Shown: positions 24,892-38,039 of the stretch, in pieces
Layout: every line of letters begins with the position of its first letter
How positions within the stretch are numbered: position 1 is the first letter of the stretch
Assembly: GCF_006345805.1 (NCBI RefSeq)
Contig: NC_043002.1
Span: 77,686,001 to 77,750,000 of the forward strand
DNA: 64,000 nt
Reading direction: 5' to 3'
From: Octopus sinensis
Lineage: Eukaryota
Notes under the pieces: model-generated
Database searches by the model: none
What the model was told of the DNA's origin: nothing
Seen by the model: the letters and a program-made list of their open reading frames with translations, nothing else
Made by a program: the position numbers and the translations under genes

Positions 24892-27706
24892 CATCATTTT
24901 TATTGCTGATGTTGTTATTTGTCAAGGTGGCAAGCTGGTAAAATTGCTAGCATGTCAGGAAAAATGCTTAGCAGCATTCCTTCTAGCTTTACACTCTGAG
25001 TTCAAACTCTGCTGAGGTTGACTTTGCCATTCATCCTTTCAAAGTACCAGTCAGATACTGAGGGTTAATTGTACTCAACTGCTCTCTCCCCTCAAAAATG
25101 CTAGCCTTGCTTCTAAACTAGAAACAATTATCAAGAAAAATGGATTGGCAAAATCATTAGAGTACCAAAAAGCCTTGAGGTATTTCATCCAGCTCTCTCT
25201 CCCTCTTTCTTTCTCTCTCTCTCTCTCCTCTCTCTCTCTCTATCTATCTCTCTCCTTCCCTCTCACTCTCCTCTCCCTCCATTTCCTTTTCACTCTCCCT
25301 CCCTCTCTCCCGCCCTCCTTCCTCCTCTCTGTCTTTGTGTCAACATTTAACAACCAGTGTCAGTTTGTTTACATCCCCATAACTTAACAGTTCGGAAAAA
25401 GAAACCAATAGAATAAGATTTTTTGAAAAATAAGTTCTGGGACTTATTTATTCAACTAAATACCTTTCAATGTGGTGCCCCAGCATGGCAGCAATCCAAT
25501 GACTAAAATGAGTAAAAGATAAAAGAAAAATGCAAAGAGTACTTAGAATAATTATGCCTCTATCATAGTAATTACTGAGTTAATGATACTCACTGGAATT
25601 TATAGCTGCATATACACAAACATTGTGGTTATATAATAAAAGCACAGAGTAATGAGAAGACTTAAATGCTTTTTCTTAGAATAATTTAGTCAGCATAGGA
25701 TAGTCAGCTGTTGCTGTTAATTAGCTTCAGGTCTGGCCTGATTCAGTAAAAGTAATCAAATGCATGTTTCTTTTTTTTTTTTTTTTCTTTTCAGACATAG
25801 TATATCCAGGACTGTTCAATGTATCCTGTACTTTTGAAGACAACATGGTGCAATCTGGGGAAAATCTTGCTGCTATTTTTAGCAGGTTGAGCAATGACAA
25901 AGTGGTTGTATTGGTCAGTTGCATCTGTAAAGTGTGATCTGTTGTTGTTGTTGTTTAGTCCCAGGGGAGGCCTAATCAATGAACCTATGATCAAGGGTAT
26001 TCCTGTTATGATCAGCTTGTCTTTTTACATGTCTAGGACTACACTGCCTAATGTGTCCTTCATTTTTTTTTAAGATAATTGAATATGATTTAAAGAAGTT
26101 TGGTCGCTTTTTCTAGCACATTGAAAGATCATGTACAGGCTGCTTTTTTGACTCATGTATTCTTTGTGTTTCGATGATTTTAAATTAAATATGATTGTTG
26201 AGTTTTATATTGGGAGAGAAAAGAACATGGGCTTGAACTGGGTACTTCTTTCTTTAATCTGTTACATATGTTTCAGTATTCTGTAACATCTGCGATGGAC
26301 TGGCATCCTGTCCAGCTGGGGAACACATACGCCATAGAAACCAGGAAACTGGGCCCATGAGCCTAGCTAGGCATTAAAAAGGGCACATTTATTTTTTATT
26401 TTTATTCTGTAACATATGATGTGACAATGTTAATGCAATGCATAGATGCACCTCATAAGGGCAGTATGCATAACCAGGCACTCCTTCAGACAGATGAAAA
26501 TGGGAAATGCAAGTCACAGACATGCAATAACATATTTAAATACCCCAAAAATATATATTAGCAACAGAGGGAATATTAATACCAAGCGGTAATATTTATC
26601 CCTACTTAAACATAGATGTTCTATGAGAACAAATTATACTGTAGTAGATACCATGAGAAAAACTTTCGAATTGGCTTTTGGTGCAGAACATCCACATTTA
26701 AGTGGGGTTAAATACCCAAGAAATGCAAAAGCAGCGGGGGAAGGGGAGGAGGAGAAAGTTGGGTTGGATCACAAGCCCTCACAACCACAAATGTGGACTG
26801 GTGTTGGAAAGAATTGGGGTGAGCCACTGACCTAAATGTAGGGACAAAAGACACATTTATGTAACTTTCTGAAAGGGAAGACAGGCAAGTGAGTAGATAA
26901 TATATCTAGTGGCTGGCAAAGCATTTTAAGGGTTCTAAATACTGCTAGGGTTTGTGATACATCCAGTCAAATACTCACATGTACACATAGGATACAGATA
27001 CGCATGTACATGCTCACACTCACAGATGCACGCACAGACACACACACACATATACATATATGCACACACCTATATATATATATATATATATATCATCATC
27101 ATCATCATCATCGTTTAGCGTCCGCTTTCCATGCTAGCATGGGTTGGACGGTTCAACTGGAGTCTGAGAAGCCAGAAGGCTGCACCAGGCCCAGTCTGAT
27201 CTGGCAATGTTTCTACAGCTGGATGCCCTTCCTAATGCCAATCACTACGTGAGTGTAGTGGGTGCTTTTTACGTGCCACCGGCACAGGTGCCAGACAAGG
27301 CTGGCAAACGGCCATGATCGGATGGTGCTTTTTACATGCCACCGGCACGGGGGCTAGGCGAGGCAGGCAACGGCTATGATCGGACGGTGCTTTTTACGTG
27401 ATATATATATATATTGACAAAAGACCAAGACCTAAGGAAATATGCTGTGACTGCGAAGACCCCAAAAATAACATGAGCAGCCCCAGCCTATCCAAAGTAC
27501 CTTGATTCGTAGGACGGCCTGCTGTGCTTACCTTGGATTGTAGGGTGAACTGCTGTACTTGAGGACACCTATTGAGTCAAGTACATCAACATCAAAATAA
27601 AAATCATATGGAAATTGTAGTTGTGATACCCATGCCGGTGGCACATAAAAAGCACCATCCGAACGTGGCCGATGCCAGCGCTGGCATGGAAAACAGACGT
27701 TAAACT

Positions 27707-27746
<40 letters not shown>

Positions 27747-27929
27747 GGATATATATTTATTTCATTGACTGCAAAAAGATGAAAGGCAAAGTTGACATCA
27801 GAATGTAAAGATTGGGAACAAATGCAGCTAATCCTTTGTCCAACTTGTTAATGATTTTGCCAGCTTGTGGCCTTTAATAACATACTGTAAGGATGCAGAG
27901 TGAGGGAAGAAGGAGAACAGAAGGTACTA

Positions 27930-28374
27930 ATAATAATAATAATAATAATAATGAAATTATTGTATACAGTGCTCAGGTGCACCATAACTTGTCAGAGTAT
28001 ATGCAGTAATGTACAAATGTCTGGAAAGCGAACAATGCATGAGTCTGATACATGCTTGTGTGTGTATGGAGGGGAGAAAATCAGGTGTAGTGTTGGCGAA
28101 TCTCAGAAAGCATGGAAGTTTTGAAGGATGCAGTGCTCCGACAACTAACAACTGATGCCGGCAGTTTGTTACATGCTTCAGCAACTCTCAGCGTGAAAAA
28201 ATGTTTCCTGAAGTCATGGGAGCTGTGCTGTTTTCTGACTTTGTAAATATGTCCACGGGTGGAGTTTGAAAAGGTGCTCAGAGTTATTGTTTGTAAGATG
28301 GTTGATAATTTTATGAGTGTCTGCCAAGTACTAATAAAAAGGTGCAGACTTTCAAGCATAGGTATTAAGTAAGC
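27930..28374 (-). mobile_element. CR1-clade LINE 3' end with 3' UTR and (TTA)n tail
   Basis: RGHIYKVRKQHSSHDFRKHFFTLRVAEACNKLPASVVSCRSTASFK matches the CR1 ORF2 C-terminal consensus (RGH..K...R.FFS.RV...WN.LP). Confidence 0.85.
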
Positions 28375-28385
28375 ACTTCAGGTAG

Positions 28386-28630
28386 TCTGTTGTGTCTGGG
28401 GAGAGTCATTTTCTTTTTGTGCCTTATAAGCTAACACACTCACCGGTAAAATTACCACTTTTTCTTATTTTTATTTTCCTAAAATTTGACTCTGTCAAAA
28501 CTATTGAAAAGGTTGCAAGACACAACGAAAATTTTAGGAAAATAAAAATAAGAAAACGTGGAAATTTTACCGGTGAGTGTGTTAGATTATAAGGCACAAA
28601 AAGAAAATGATTCTCCCCAGACAGAACAGA
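28386..28630. repeat. Long imperfect palindrome (about 100-bp arms, about 40-nt loop)
   Basis: tctgttgtgtctggggagagtcattttc... pairs with ...gaaaatgattctccccagacagaacaga. Confidence 0.95.
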
Positions 28631-28636
28631 ATATGC

Positions 28637-29575
28637 TTTAATACACGAACTCATATAAAGAATCTTGCAAACCAAATCCCAAAACGAAATACTTCAGGTA
28701 GTGTTTACAATTAATCACCAGTTCATCATGCTTATTGAGTAGGAATGGATCATCTGCTGTAATACTGGCAATTGCCTTGTATAGGCAAAGCTCACACCAA
28801 TGCCCAGGAGGTGATGGAGAGGAACTGCTTTAATAATTGACCAATTGATTTTAAATTTGATTCCCTTCAGCTTGAACTTGAATATGTATTTGGCTTGGGA
28901 AGTGAACAACCAAAGCCTGATGTTGGTAATGAAATGTAGGAGGGCAGAGATCCTTCTCTTAATGAGGCCAGCAGGATCCAATATAGTACCTAATGGCATT
29001 AAGTGTTACCACTGTGCACTTATAGACTATGTTTTACCTCACACATTTCCTATTCAGTGAGCAGGTTCTAGAGTCACTACAGTTACATGTGTACAGGCCT
29101 AAATTTGCAGGACTTACAGGCTCACACCTCATTAGAGGATGGTCAGTTGGGTGTGGATGAACCCCAGCTGTGATAGAGCTCTGAAGAATGGTGCTAGGTG
29201 GTGCTGCCCAGTGGGGTGACATATATCAAGGGTAGAGGTATCGCTGACAGAGTTGCTTGAGTTATCAGGGAGAGGTGTCATCAATACCCTTACGCTCAGG
29301 GCGACTACTACAGTGTTGGATACTCCATTTCAATGTGGAGGCCCATTTATCTGCTCTATTAGTTTTAGTCTGTTAGGTAGGGATTATATCTGTTAGAAGG
29401 GGTGGAGTATGACAGCTTAACCATGTTCTGATTAAATATTTGATTGTTTCTGCTGGTTGGTAGGGTGGGGTGGGGAGTTTCCTCTAAGGCTTTCAAAAAG
29501 CTCCTTGGCCAGTGAGCTTTTCACTGAACTACTAAATGGGGGCTTATACCAAATAACATTCCTATATATAAGTTT
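28637..29575 (-). mobile_element. Decayed Penelope-like element, linker plus GIY-YIG endonuclease
   Basis: RNVIWYKPPFSSSVK; CNCSDSRTCSLNRKCVR*NIVYKCTV...YYIGS (GIY-YIG); AKYIFKFKLKGIKFKINWSII; LLNKHDELVINCKH. Confidence 0.85.
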
Positions 29576-29659
29576 GGTAATACAAACAGGAAATAGAACT
29601 CCAAATATGAGTATGTGTGTGTATATATATATTTATATATAATAATATAAATAATAATG

Positions 29660-29700
<41 letters not shown>

Positions 29701-29837
29701 GGGTAAAATTAATTAAATGATTAATAATTAATAATTTTACCAAGTAGTTCAGTATGTTAAAAGAACCATTATCAGTAAACTTATACAAAAATTCTATAAT
29801 TATGAGTATAATTATAATTAGGGTTCAGCAAAATTTG

Positions 29838-30009
29838 CTTCACTACATACCGAAATTTAGAAATAGCAGTTAAACTGCTATTCTGCTACCATAAGATATC
29901 TCCCAGACAGCAATACTCAACAACTGTTGAGTATTGCTGTCTGGGATATATCTTATGGTAGCAGAATAGTATTTTAACTGCTATTTCTAAATTTCAGTAT
30001 GTGGTGAAG
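29838..30009. repeat. Near-perfect fold-back palindrome (about 85-bp arms, 2-nt loop)
   Basis: cttcactacataccgaaattt...tactcaaca-ac-tgttgagta...aaatttcagtatgtggtgaag; a non-inverted relative lies at about 44845-44940. Confidence 0.95.
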
Positions 30010-30759
30010 ATCCTATCGATCTCTTTTGCTGAACCGCTAAGTAACGGGGACGTAAATACACCAGCATCGGTTGCCAAACGATGTTCGGGAGACAAACACA
30101 CACACACAAACACACACACACACACACATATATATACATATATATATATATATACGACGGGCTTCTTTCAGTTTCCATCTACCAAATTCACTCACAAGGC
30201 TTTGGTCGGCCCGAGGCTATAGTAGAAGACACTTGCACAAGGTGCCACACAGTGGGACTGAACCCAGAACTGTGTGGTTGGTAAGCAAGCTACTTACCAC
30301 ACAGACACTCCTGCGCCTATATATGTAATTGGCAGAAATTACAAAGTAATTCAAAACCATGAGTTTCGTGCATAGGCACCAATTAAATTTTTCTGCTTTT
30401 GAGTCACTTTATAACTTCTGCTGGTTAAATAATACATGTGTGTGTGTATGTGCGTGTGTGTTTGTGCGCGCACGCGTATGTGTGTGTGCCTGTGTGTGTG
30501 CATCCGTGCACACGTGGGAATACATTTATATACACATACATAAATACATACATACATACATACATACAAATGTATACGACAGGCTTCCAGACAGTTTCCG
30601 GATGACTACCAAACTCACTCTCAAGTAATTGGTCAGCTCAAGGCTATAGAAGAAAACACTTACCCAAGGCATTGATAGTGGGACTGAACCTGAAACCATG
30701 TGATTGCAAAGTGAGCTTCTCAACCACATCGCCATGCCTATCATGATTAATGTTCCTCT

Positions 30760-31090
30760 TAAACTATGGTTGTAGGGAAAACATGGATAGGAAAGGAATT
30801 CCAGGGGGATCTGAGGAAGAAGGATTGGATATAGTAGCAACTACAGAGCTTGGGAGTAGCTGTGCACACAATATGGATGATAAGAAGAGGAGACATGAAT
30901 TAATCAGATCTGTAGTGCTTAAGCAGCAGTGGAATAAGACCAACCAGCTCTGAGGAGCAGAGGCCACAATAGAAGCAGTATAAAAAATGCAGAGAGAGGA
31001 ACCAGAATGTTTGTTGGACAGTGGCTGGAGTGAGTTGGAGGGCAACTTCATGCCAATCAGTCTATAAACATTGGCCTTGTGCCCGTTCAA
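30760..31090 (-). mobile_element. L2/CR1-group LINE 3' remnant
   Basis: Frameshifted SLQPLS..SSLCIFY...HPYCV...YSQSFFP...LWNSLP..VFP pattern. Confidence 0.6.
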
Positions 31091-31589
31091 AAGAAATCAA
31101 TATTTCTAAAGACAATTCTAGACATTATTGCTCCACTTACACCTCTCTCTCTCTCTTTCCTTTTTGTATAATCTATCTGGCTATGTGTCTTCATTGCTGT
31201 AATGTCATACTAATCGATGGACCTAATATAGATTTGGCAGTAAGGTGACAGACAATGACTAAACATATCACAACAGAGACACACAGTCTTTGTTAATTCT
31301 ATTTATATCAAGAACTTAGGCAAAGGAAAGACAAAAAATAAAACATTATCAGTGTTTTACATGTTGTTGCTTTCTCTTGTACTTGTATGTATAGTCTTAG
31401 AAACACTAACAAAACACATTATGTGTACATGATATATATATATATATATGTATATATATTATGTATGTATATTTGCATATATATATATATATATATACAT
31501 ACATACATATATATATAATATATATATATATATATAATATATATAATATATATATATACATACACATATATATATATATACATACATAC

Positions 31590-31632
<43 letters not shown>

Positions 31633-32064
31633 TGTACATACATATGTAAATATATATATCTATATATCTATATCTTTCTATCTATCTATCTGTGTGTGTA
31701 TTTCAGTGCGAATGGTTTTGTTAAACTATTTTCCTTAGTCATTTGCACAGTGATCACTATAAGCTTTAAGCTCATAAAAAAATACCATTATTATTATTAT
31801 TTACAGAATATATATATATATATATCACCTTTAAACGGATTCTGGACAGATTTCTTCAAGGAATACTGGATAAGCCACCCATACCTAGATATGACTCACT
31901 CAACAAGAACTCACTACTTGAATGGACCATAAATAAAACTTAATTTGAAAAGGATTTAGCAAATCCTATCAGGTGGTGCTATTGAGTTAGACATAGCCTG
32001 GACCAATCTTTGGTCGAAACATATCTAAGTTTATATATATATATATATATACACACATATAAAT

Positions 32065-32277
32065 TAGAGGGTTCTAAAAAGTTCCTGGCTGTAAGGGTAT
32101 TGTGAAAGGCTTGGTTGTAGGCCCAACCTTCTAAGTTCTTTTAGAGGGCTTGGAAAAATTAGAGAACTGCTGGAATAAGTGTGTACATCTGCGAAGGGAA
32201 TATGTTGAATAGAATCATAATTAACTGATTGTCCTTATTTTCTCTTACACAAAGCCAGAAACTGCTGAGCACCCCTT
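32065..32277. mobile_element. Mariner-type MITE
   Basis: Degenerate TIRs GAGGGTTCTAAAAAGTTCCTGGCT / AGCCAGAAACTGCTGAGCACCCCT; a partial copy at 58860-58945. Confidence 0.6.
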
Positions 32278-32589
32278 CATATGTATGCATGTTCATACAT
32301 GTGTGTGTGTGTGTGTGTACATATATTTATGTATGTATGTGTGTGTATATATACCCTCTCTAATTCCTTCTTTCTCTCTATTCTCCCCCCTTGTTGCTTT
32401 CGTCCCTCTTCTCTCTCTCTCTCTTCCTTCTTTTCTCTCTTCTCTGTCACGTGACTGCTGGCCAAAATCCGCCTTTCGGCCTCTGACCAGCGCCGTGACA
32501 ACATCGTTGTCCTCGTTCACCGCTAAGGCAATTTTTCCAAAATACGCCAGCCAGACCTGTTTGCACTGTTATTAGTCGTAAGACACTTG

Positions 32590-32940
32590 CTGTTTTTACC
32601 ATTATTGCTTTTGTATTTCACGTTTTTGTATTTCATTATTGTTTTTTGTTTTTTATATTCGTGTGGCACCATCCGTTTTGCTGTCCTTGTGTTCGTATGC
32701 ATTCGATCCTTCTTCCAGGAAATCTACGCTCCTAGCTTAGTTTTTCTAATGCTCGTTGCTTAGTTTTTCCTGGAGGGCTGGCCGGTTCTAGTAATCTCAA
32801 GATTAATCAGCCGAAATTACTACGATGATCCGGTTCTTGACTGAAGACTGAGGGCTTCGAATGTCCTGTCTGTGTTTGTTGTATCGTCTTCTAAGTTTTT
32901 ATGCGTTCTTGTCTCAGTTTGTATTTTTCTACATATCATA
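32590..32940. mobile_element. Interspersed repeat, possibly PLE-related; second copy at 33500-33825
   Basis: The two copies share cattcgat..ttcttccaaggaatcta..ttagtttttc..ggctggcc..aatctcaagat..gccgaaatt. Confidence 0.6.
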
Positions 32941-32957
32941 ATATATATATATATATT

Positions 32958-32989
<32 letters not shown>

Positions 32990-33296
32990 ATAACAAAGGG
33001 TAAAATTAATTAATTAAGAAGTAATCAATAATTTCACCAAGTAGAATTCAGTATGAAAAAGGACCATTTCACGGTAAACTTAAGTAATACTTAATAAAAG
33101 GGTTCAGCAAAGATTTGCTTTACCACATACCAAAGTTTAGAAATAGCAGCCAAAAATCTTAGCTATTTCTTCTACTTTAAAAAGGGACTCCTAGAGAAAC
33201 CAAAATACTTGAAAATAATTCACAGAGGCAGAGAGTAAAGCAACGAAAATCAATCAATGTCTGGTCATCCGTGGACGCGCGTTTCAGAATTAGGGC

Positions 33297-33338
<42 letters not shown>

Positions 33339-33869
33339 CCAGACTGCTAGCCCACTTTTTGCATCTGACTGTGGTCACTGCCACATCGACATTCTTCCCT
33401 GTGTTTGTGAAAGTTTTGTATCTCTGCCGTAAGGCTTCATTTCCACACACGCCAGCTGAATTCAATTCGTCCCCAGTTCTGTCTGCTATTATGTCCTGTT
33501 ATTATTATTATTAATTTTATTGTATTTTGTATTTATATTCGTGTAACATCGTCTGTTTTTCCGTCCTTGATTTCGTATACATTCGATGCTTTCTTCCAAG
33601 GAATCTAATGCTCTAAGCTTAGTTTTTCCTTGGGGGTGGCCAGATTGGAGCAATCTCAAGATAAATTGGCCGAAATTGTGAGGATGATCCAGTTGACTGA
33701 GGATAGAAAGCTTTGAATGACCCGTCCTTTTTTTTGTATCATCTATCTGGATGTTTTGTTGTCCCTTTTTGTATCTAGTTGTCCGGATGTTTTGCATTCT
33801 TGTCCCATTTTGTATTTTATATATATATATCTGTAAAATAATATGTGACAATTATTCAGAATTTTTTGT

Positions 33870-34140
33870 GTAATGACATAAAAAACCAAGGCTGTGTAGA
33901 TATTAGAACATTTATAGATAGGTCTTATAGCTGTTTCCAGGATATTTATAAAATTATCTCCCTTCATCGGAAACGGTGTGAGAGGATGGTTAAGTAATAA
34001 TTAATTTTGATAGGATACAAAACAGAGAGTGAGGTGGAGGAAAGAAAATAGATTTGAGATATGTAGGGATATTGAATTTGTAGATCCATTTTTTAGGCAG
34101 AATGGTATACATGTAAGATTCCAATACCTTATAGGAAAAA
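33870..34140 (-). mobile_element. Penelope-like pLTR copy with hammerhead-like motif
   Basis: Same family as 17590-17900; CCGATGA..GAAAC-AGCT-ATA at 33922-33974. Confidence 0.55.
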
Positions 34141-34629
34141 TCCACACACACACACGCACACACACACAAGTGTGTAGTAAATTCTACAAAATAACTGTAA
34201 CTAGGTTTCAGTCCTCTATTGGAAATGTTTGCCATTTTAAACATCACTAATTCTGCAAGAAAATAAATGATTGGTACTATTATGGAGGAGAGGAGTATAT
34301 TAGATAAGAGTATATGTTTTGCTAAATATAAGGAGGCTGTTTTGCAATTAGAAATATTTACATATTCATAGTAATAAGGTGTTACTCGGGCACTCAACTA
34401 TGAGTCCTCTGCGGTTTATAGCAGAAACAGCTGTAAGCTAATGGAAGTCATAAGATAATTGTTTATTCCTTTGGCATAGCATTTTCTTATCACCACTCCA
34501 TACTCAACTAACATTTCATTCTGAAGCATATGTATACTGAATTCTACACCAGGTTATTAGTCTCATAATACTTAAGCAAAATATATCATACATTCACAGA
34601 TACACACACAATACATATACATATTCTCA

Positions 34630-34671
<42 letters not shown>

Positions 34672-34859
34672 TACGCAAACACACACATACACACATATAC
34701 ATACGCACGTGCGTGCATGTTGATAGAAACAAGATCTCTCTATTATAGTTGCATCACTCTGTTTTCTTTTTATTTGTACACAAAGATGACAGAATTGTCT
34801 TTAAATTCTTGGGGTATCACCTTCCCCTTCACCAAAAACAAATAAAACAGTACTCCTCA

Positions 34860-35215
34860 CAAATTAATTAATACATTTCTATCTAGTTCATTAGCTTCAG
34901 CAAAGCGGACATCAGACACTGGTGTTTTAACATTCTACAATTGTTTGGTTGCATTAAAGATTTCTGTGAAGCTAGACAGGTTATTTAACTCTTCACTGAT
35001 TTCAATTTGTGACAATTCATTTTTTTTTTTTTTCTCTTTATTGAGGAAAATCTGATAACTTCTTTGAAATGTTTTGACCAACAATTTAAAATTTCTGATT
35101 TCTGATCAACAGTTTCTTACCTTCAGCATTCAGCACAAATGATATTAAGGATAAATGATTTTAACTTTGGAGCTTCAGCTGTAATTTGGAAAGAGCCAGA
35201 GGAAATTAACATAAA
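34860..35215 (-). mobile_element. Ancient RTE ORF2 remnant (region before the RT domain)
   Basis: KSEILNCWSKHFKEV...ELSQIEISEELNNLSSFTEIFNATKQL*NVKTPVSD resembles the RTE EIL.RW.EHF...AIKQL..GKAPG.D segment. Confidence 0.65.
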
Positions 35216-35270
35216 GTAAGTCTAAAGATTTAGCATTTAGTAACTAGGCAATACTGAAAATTATATTAAT

Positions 35271-35338
<68 letters not shown>

Positions 35339-35885
35339 AAATAATAATGGCTCTCATGGCTTCTGATCTTAACTGATTGGAAGTGTTATCATGTACATTG
35401 TTTTGTCTTGGTATAAAAGATGGGCTACAGCAAATATTCTGCTCAATACCACAGATTTGCTTGTCAGTTGTTTGACCTTAACCAGTTGAGCATGTCCCTT
35501 AGTGGCTGACGATATGTGCATCTCTGATCACGAGCAGAAGTAGTGGGGGAGCATCATAGCCGTGTGTTTAGAGGGATTCTTTGGAGTTTGAATAATTCAC
35601 CTCTGGAAACATGGGTGTTTTGTTCAACATCCTTAAACAACCCTTATTCAGGTACCTTTTGGACAGGATGGGTTACTCGACCAGAAGAAAATTCTAACTG
35701 GGCCCCACCTGCAAGGTCATGTGCTATTTATCTTGATATGAGATCACCATGTCGTGCACTTTTGGTTGTGATGCATGTACCTAGTGTATCCTTATTAGCC
35801 AGGTAGTCGTGATGGGTATACTGGGCTTTGTATATTTTACCCCAGTGTCACTTTGACGGCATGCACTGCTCTCTCACTCAATAAC

Positions 35886-35916
<31 letters not shown>

Positions 35917-36029
35917 TAATAATAATAATAATAATAATAGTTTCAAATTTTGGCACAAGACCCGCAATTTCGAGGGCAGGGATAATTCAATTACATTGAC
36001 CCCAGTGTTCAACTGGTACTTATTTTATC

Positions 36030-36700
36030 AACCCAGCAGTGATTCCTGATGCACCAGGCGCTTTCCCAGTCTTCATATCCTTTATGGCTTTATCTACCAT
36101 GCTGCTGTTTATTTGGATTGCTGATCCCTCTGTTGGATCCACAGTAGGCAAACTCTCCTTCTCCCATGCGTTCTCTACATTTAGTAGTCTTTCATAGTGG
36201 CACTTCCAAGCCTCTTTCTTTGCAGAGTCATTAACCGCAAGTGAACCATCATCCATGTGAACACACTTCGCTCCAACAATATCACAATTTTCCTTGGCAC
36301 ACTGTCAAGCCACTGGTCCTCACCCCTTTTGGCTTCACCCCTGGCTAAGTATACCTACTTCCTAGCTTCCCTTCTAGCTGCCTGATATAGCTCCTTGCAA
36401 CCATCACCCTTCCAGTCCTTCCAAGCCTGTTTCTTTCCTATAATGGCCTTGTCAATTACTCTGTTCCATCACCATGTCACCATATGTCTGGTTGGGACCT
36501 TGAACCAGCCATAAGAAAATACTCTTTATTCACTATGATTGCTTCAACCAATTGTGCACTGGCACCTCACAGGCGAGATGCTGTACAAAAACTTGTGGTG
36601 CATCAAAGATGCAATCAAATTACCGGTGCACAATGGGATGAAATGATCGTAGTGGATAAAGAGTCTCATGAATTCCATTTCCTTTCTCTCATATTTTCAT
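36030..36700 (-). mobile_element. RTE ORF2 fragment (endonuclease-RT linker)
   Basis: KEAWKCHYERLLNVENAW...VDKAIKDMKTGKAPGASGITA. Confidence 0.85.
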
Positions 36701-37204
36701 AAACTCTATGGACAGAAAGGAATTCCTGAAGTAAATCCAGTGGGATATACCTCCATACTGTTGATGACATCAGGTAGCTGAATACTGTAAAAGGGCTTTA
36801 AACAGCATACTACAAGGTGTATACCTGAATATAAAATTATTACTCATATATATATATATAGTATGTATGTATGTGTGTGTGTGAGAGAGAGAGAGAGATG
36901 CTTTTTTAGGATTCATCTACCAAATCCAATCAGAAGGCTTTTAAAGAAGACAGTTACTCAAAGTGCTATGCTACACAGTAGGACTGAACTCATCACCACA
37001 TGGCTGGGAAGCAAACTCCTTAACCAGTCAGCCACACCGACGTCTATTCAAACTTTTACCTATAGTGATAATGTAAAGAATAATGACAATTCTAAATTAG
37101 CAGTAGCAACAAGAATAGTTGGAACACCAAGTGTATGTGTGTGTGTATTGGTATCCTCACTTTCATGGTTGTAAATTCAAATTGGTCCTGTGCATGTATG
37201 TATG

Positions 37205-37690
37205 TATGACAGGTCACTTTCGAGTGCTACTGGTCACATGTAACCCAGTACAACCTGTTGCATGGTTGGGCCGTTGGCGACTAAACCGGCAACCCCACCA
37301 AGCTTGCTTGGTGAGGAGGGTGATTATAGGACACCCTGCGGGATGAAAACAAAACCCATCAAAGGGCGGAGGAACTCTTGAGAGTCAACGGCCATCCGAT
37401 AAATGTGTATTTTTTTTTCTCTTACGGCTTAAGGCTGTATCATGCACGGGGACATAGAAATAATCGGACTGAATACCTGATCGCGCAGTTAAACCATTGG
37501 GAGTGAAGGACTCCTAGCCTTTGTTAGGGCATCCTTCTAGGAGAAGGTAACTCAGGTAACTGGGATAACTCCGACATAAAACCTGTGGCTCAGTGGTTAC
37601 CGATGATGTTGACTTCTTCTTTTCGGATTATGGCTGCTGTTGCTTAGTGAGTGGGATTGACTCAGTGCACAGCCTTTCCTCACTTAAAAA
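37205..37690 (+). mobile_element. RTE 5'-UTR-like or RTE-related SINE sequence
   Basis: Contains gggcatccttctaggagaaggtaactc, a motif typical of RTE 5' regions; a similar motif occurs at about 9195-9212. Confidence 0.45.
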
Positions 37691-38039
37691 AAATCTTCTT
37701 GCACAGGCATTGCACGATAACAACATTGTTCATGATTGTTGATGGTGCTGTGAGTCTCAACTGAATGGCAGGCTGTAGCCTTAAAAGGCAAATAAAAGTC
37801 ACATTCGATCACAGCACCAATAACAGTTAAGCTTCGTACAATGGCCATACTCGATAACGAGGGGGCAGCTATCATGTATGTATGTATGTATGTATGTATG
37901 TATGTATGTATGTATGTATGTATGCATGTATGCATGTTTGTATGCATGCATGTTTGTATGCATGCATGCATGTATGTATGTATGTATTATGTATGTATGT
38001 ATATGTATGTGTGTGTATGTATGTATGTCATTGTTCAGT

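Noticed and set aside
32835-32870. CTGAAGA...GAAT motif (also CTGAGGA...GAAT near 33700) as a hammerhead
   Set aside because: Both copies have GAATG instead of GAAAC and no valid stem II or III.
35127-35215. Apparent + strand exon with ttcag acceptor and gtaagt donor (HSAQMILRINDFNFGASAVIWKEPEEINI)
   Set aside because: It is the antisense of an RTE ORF2 remnant.
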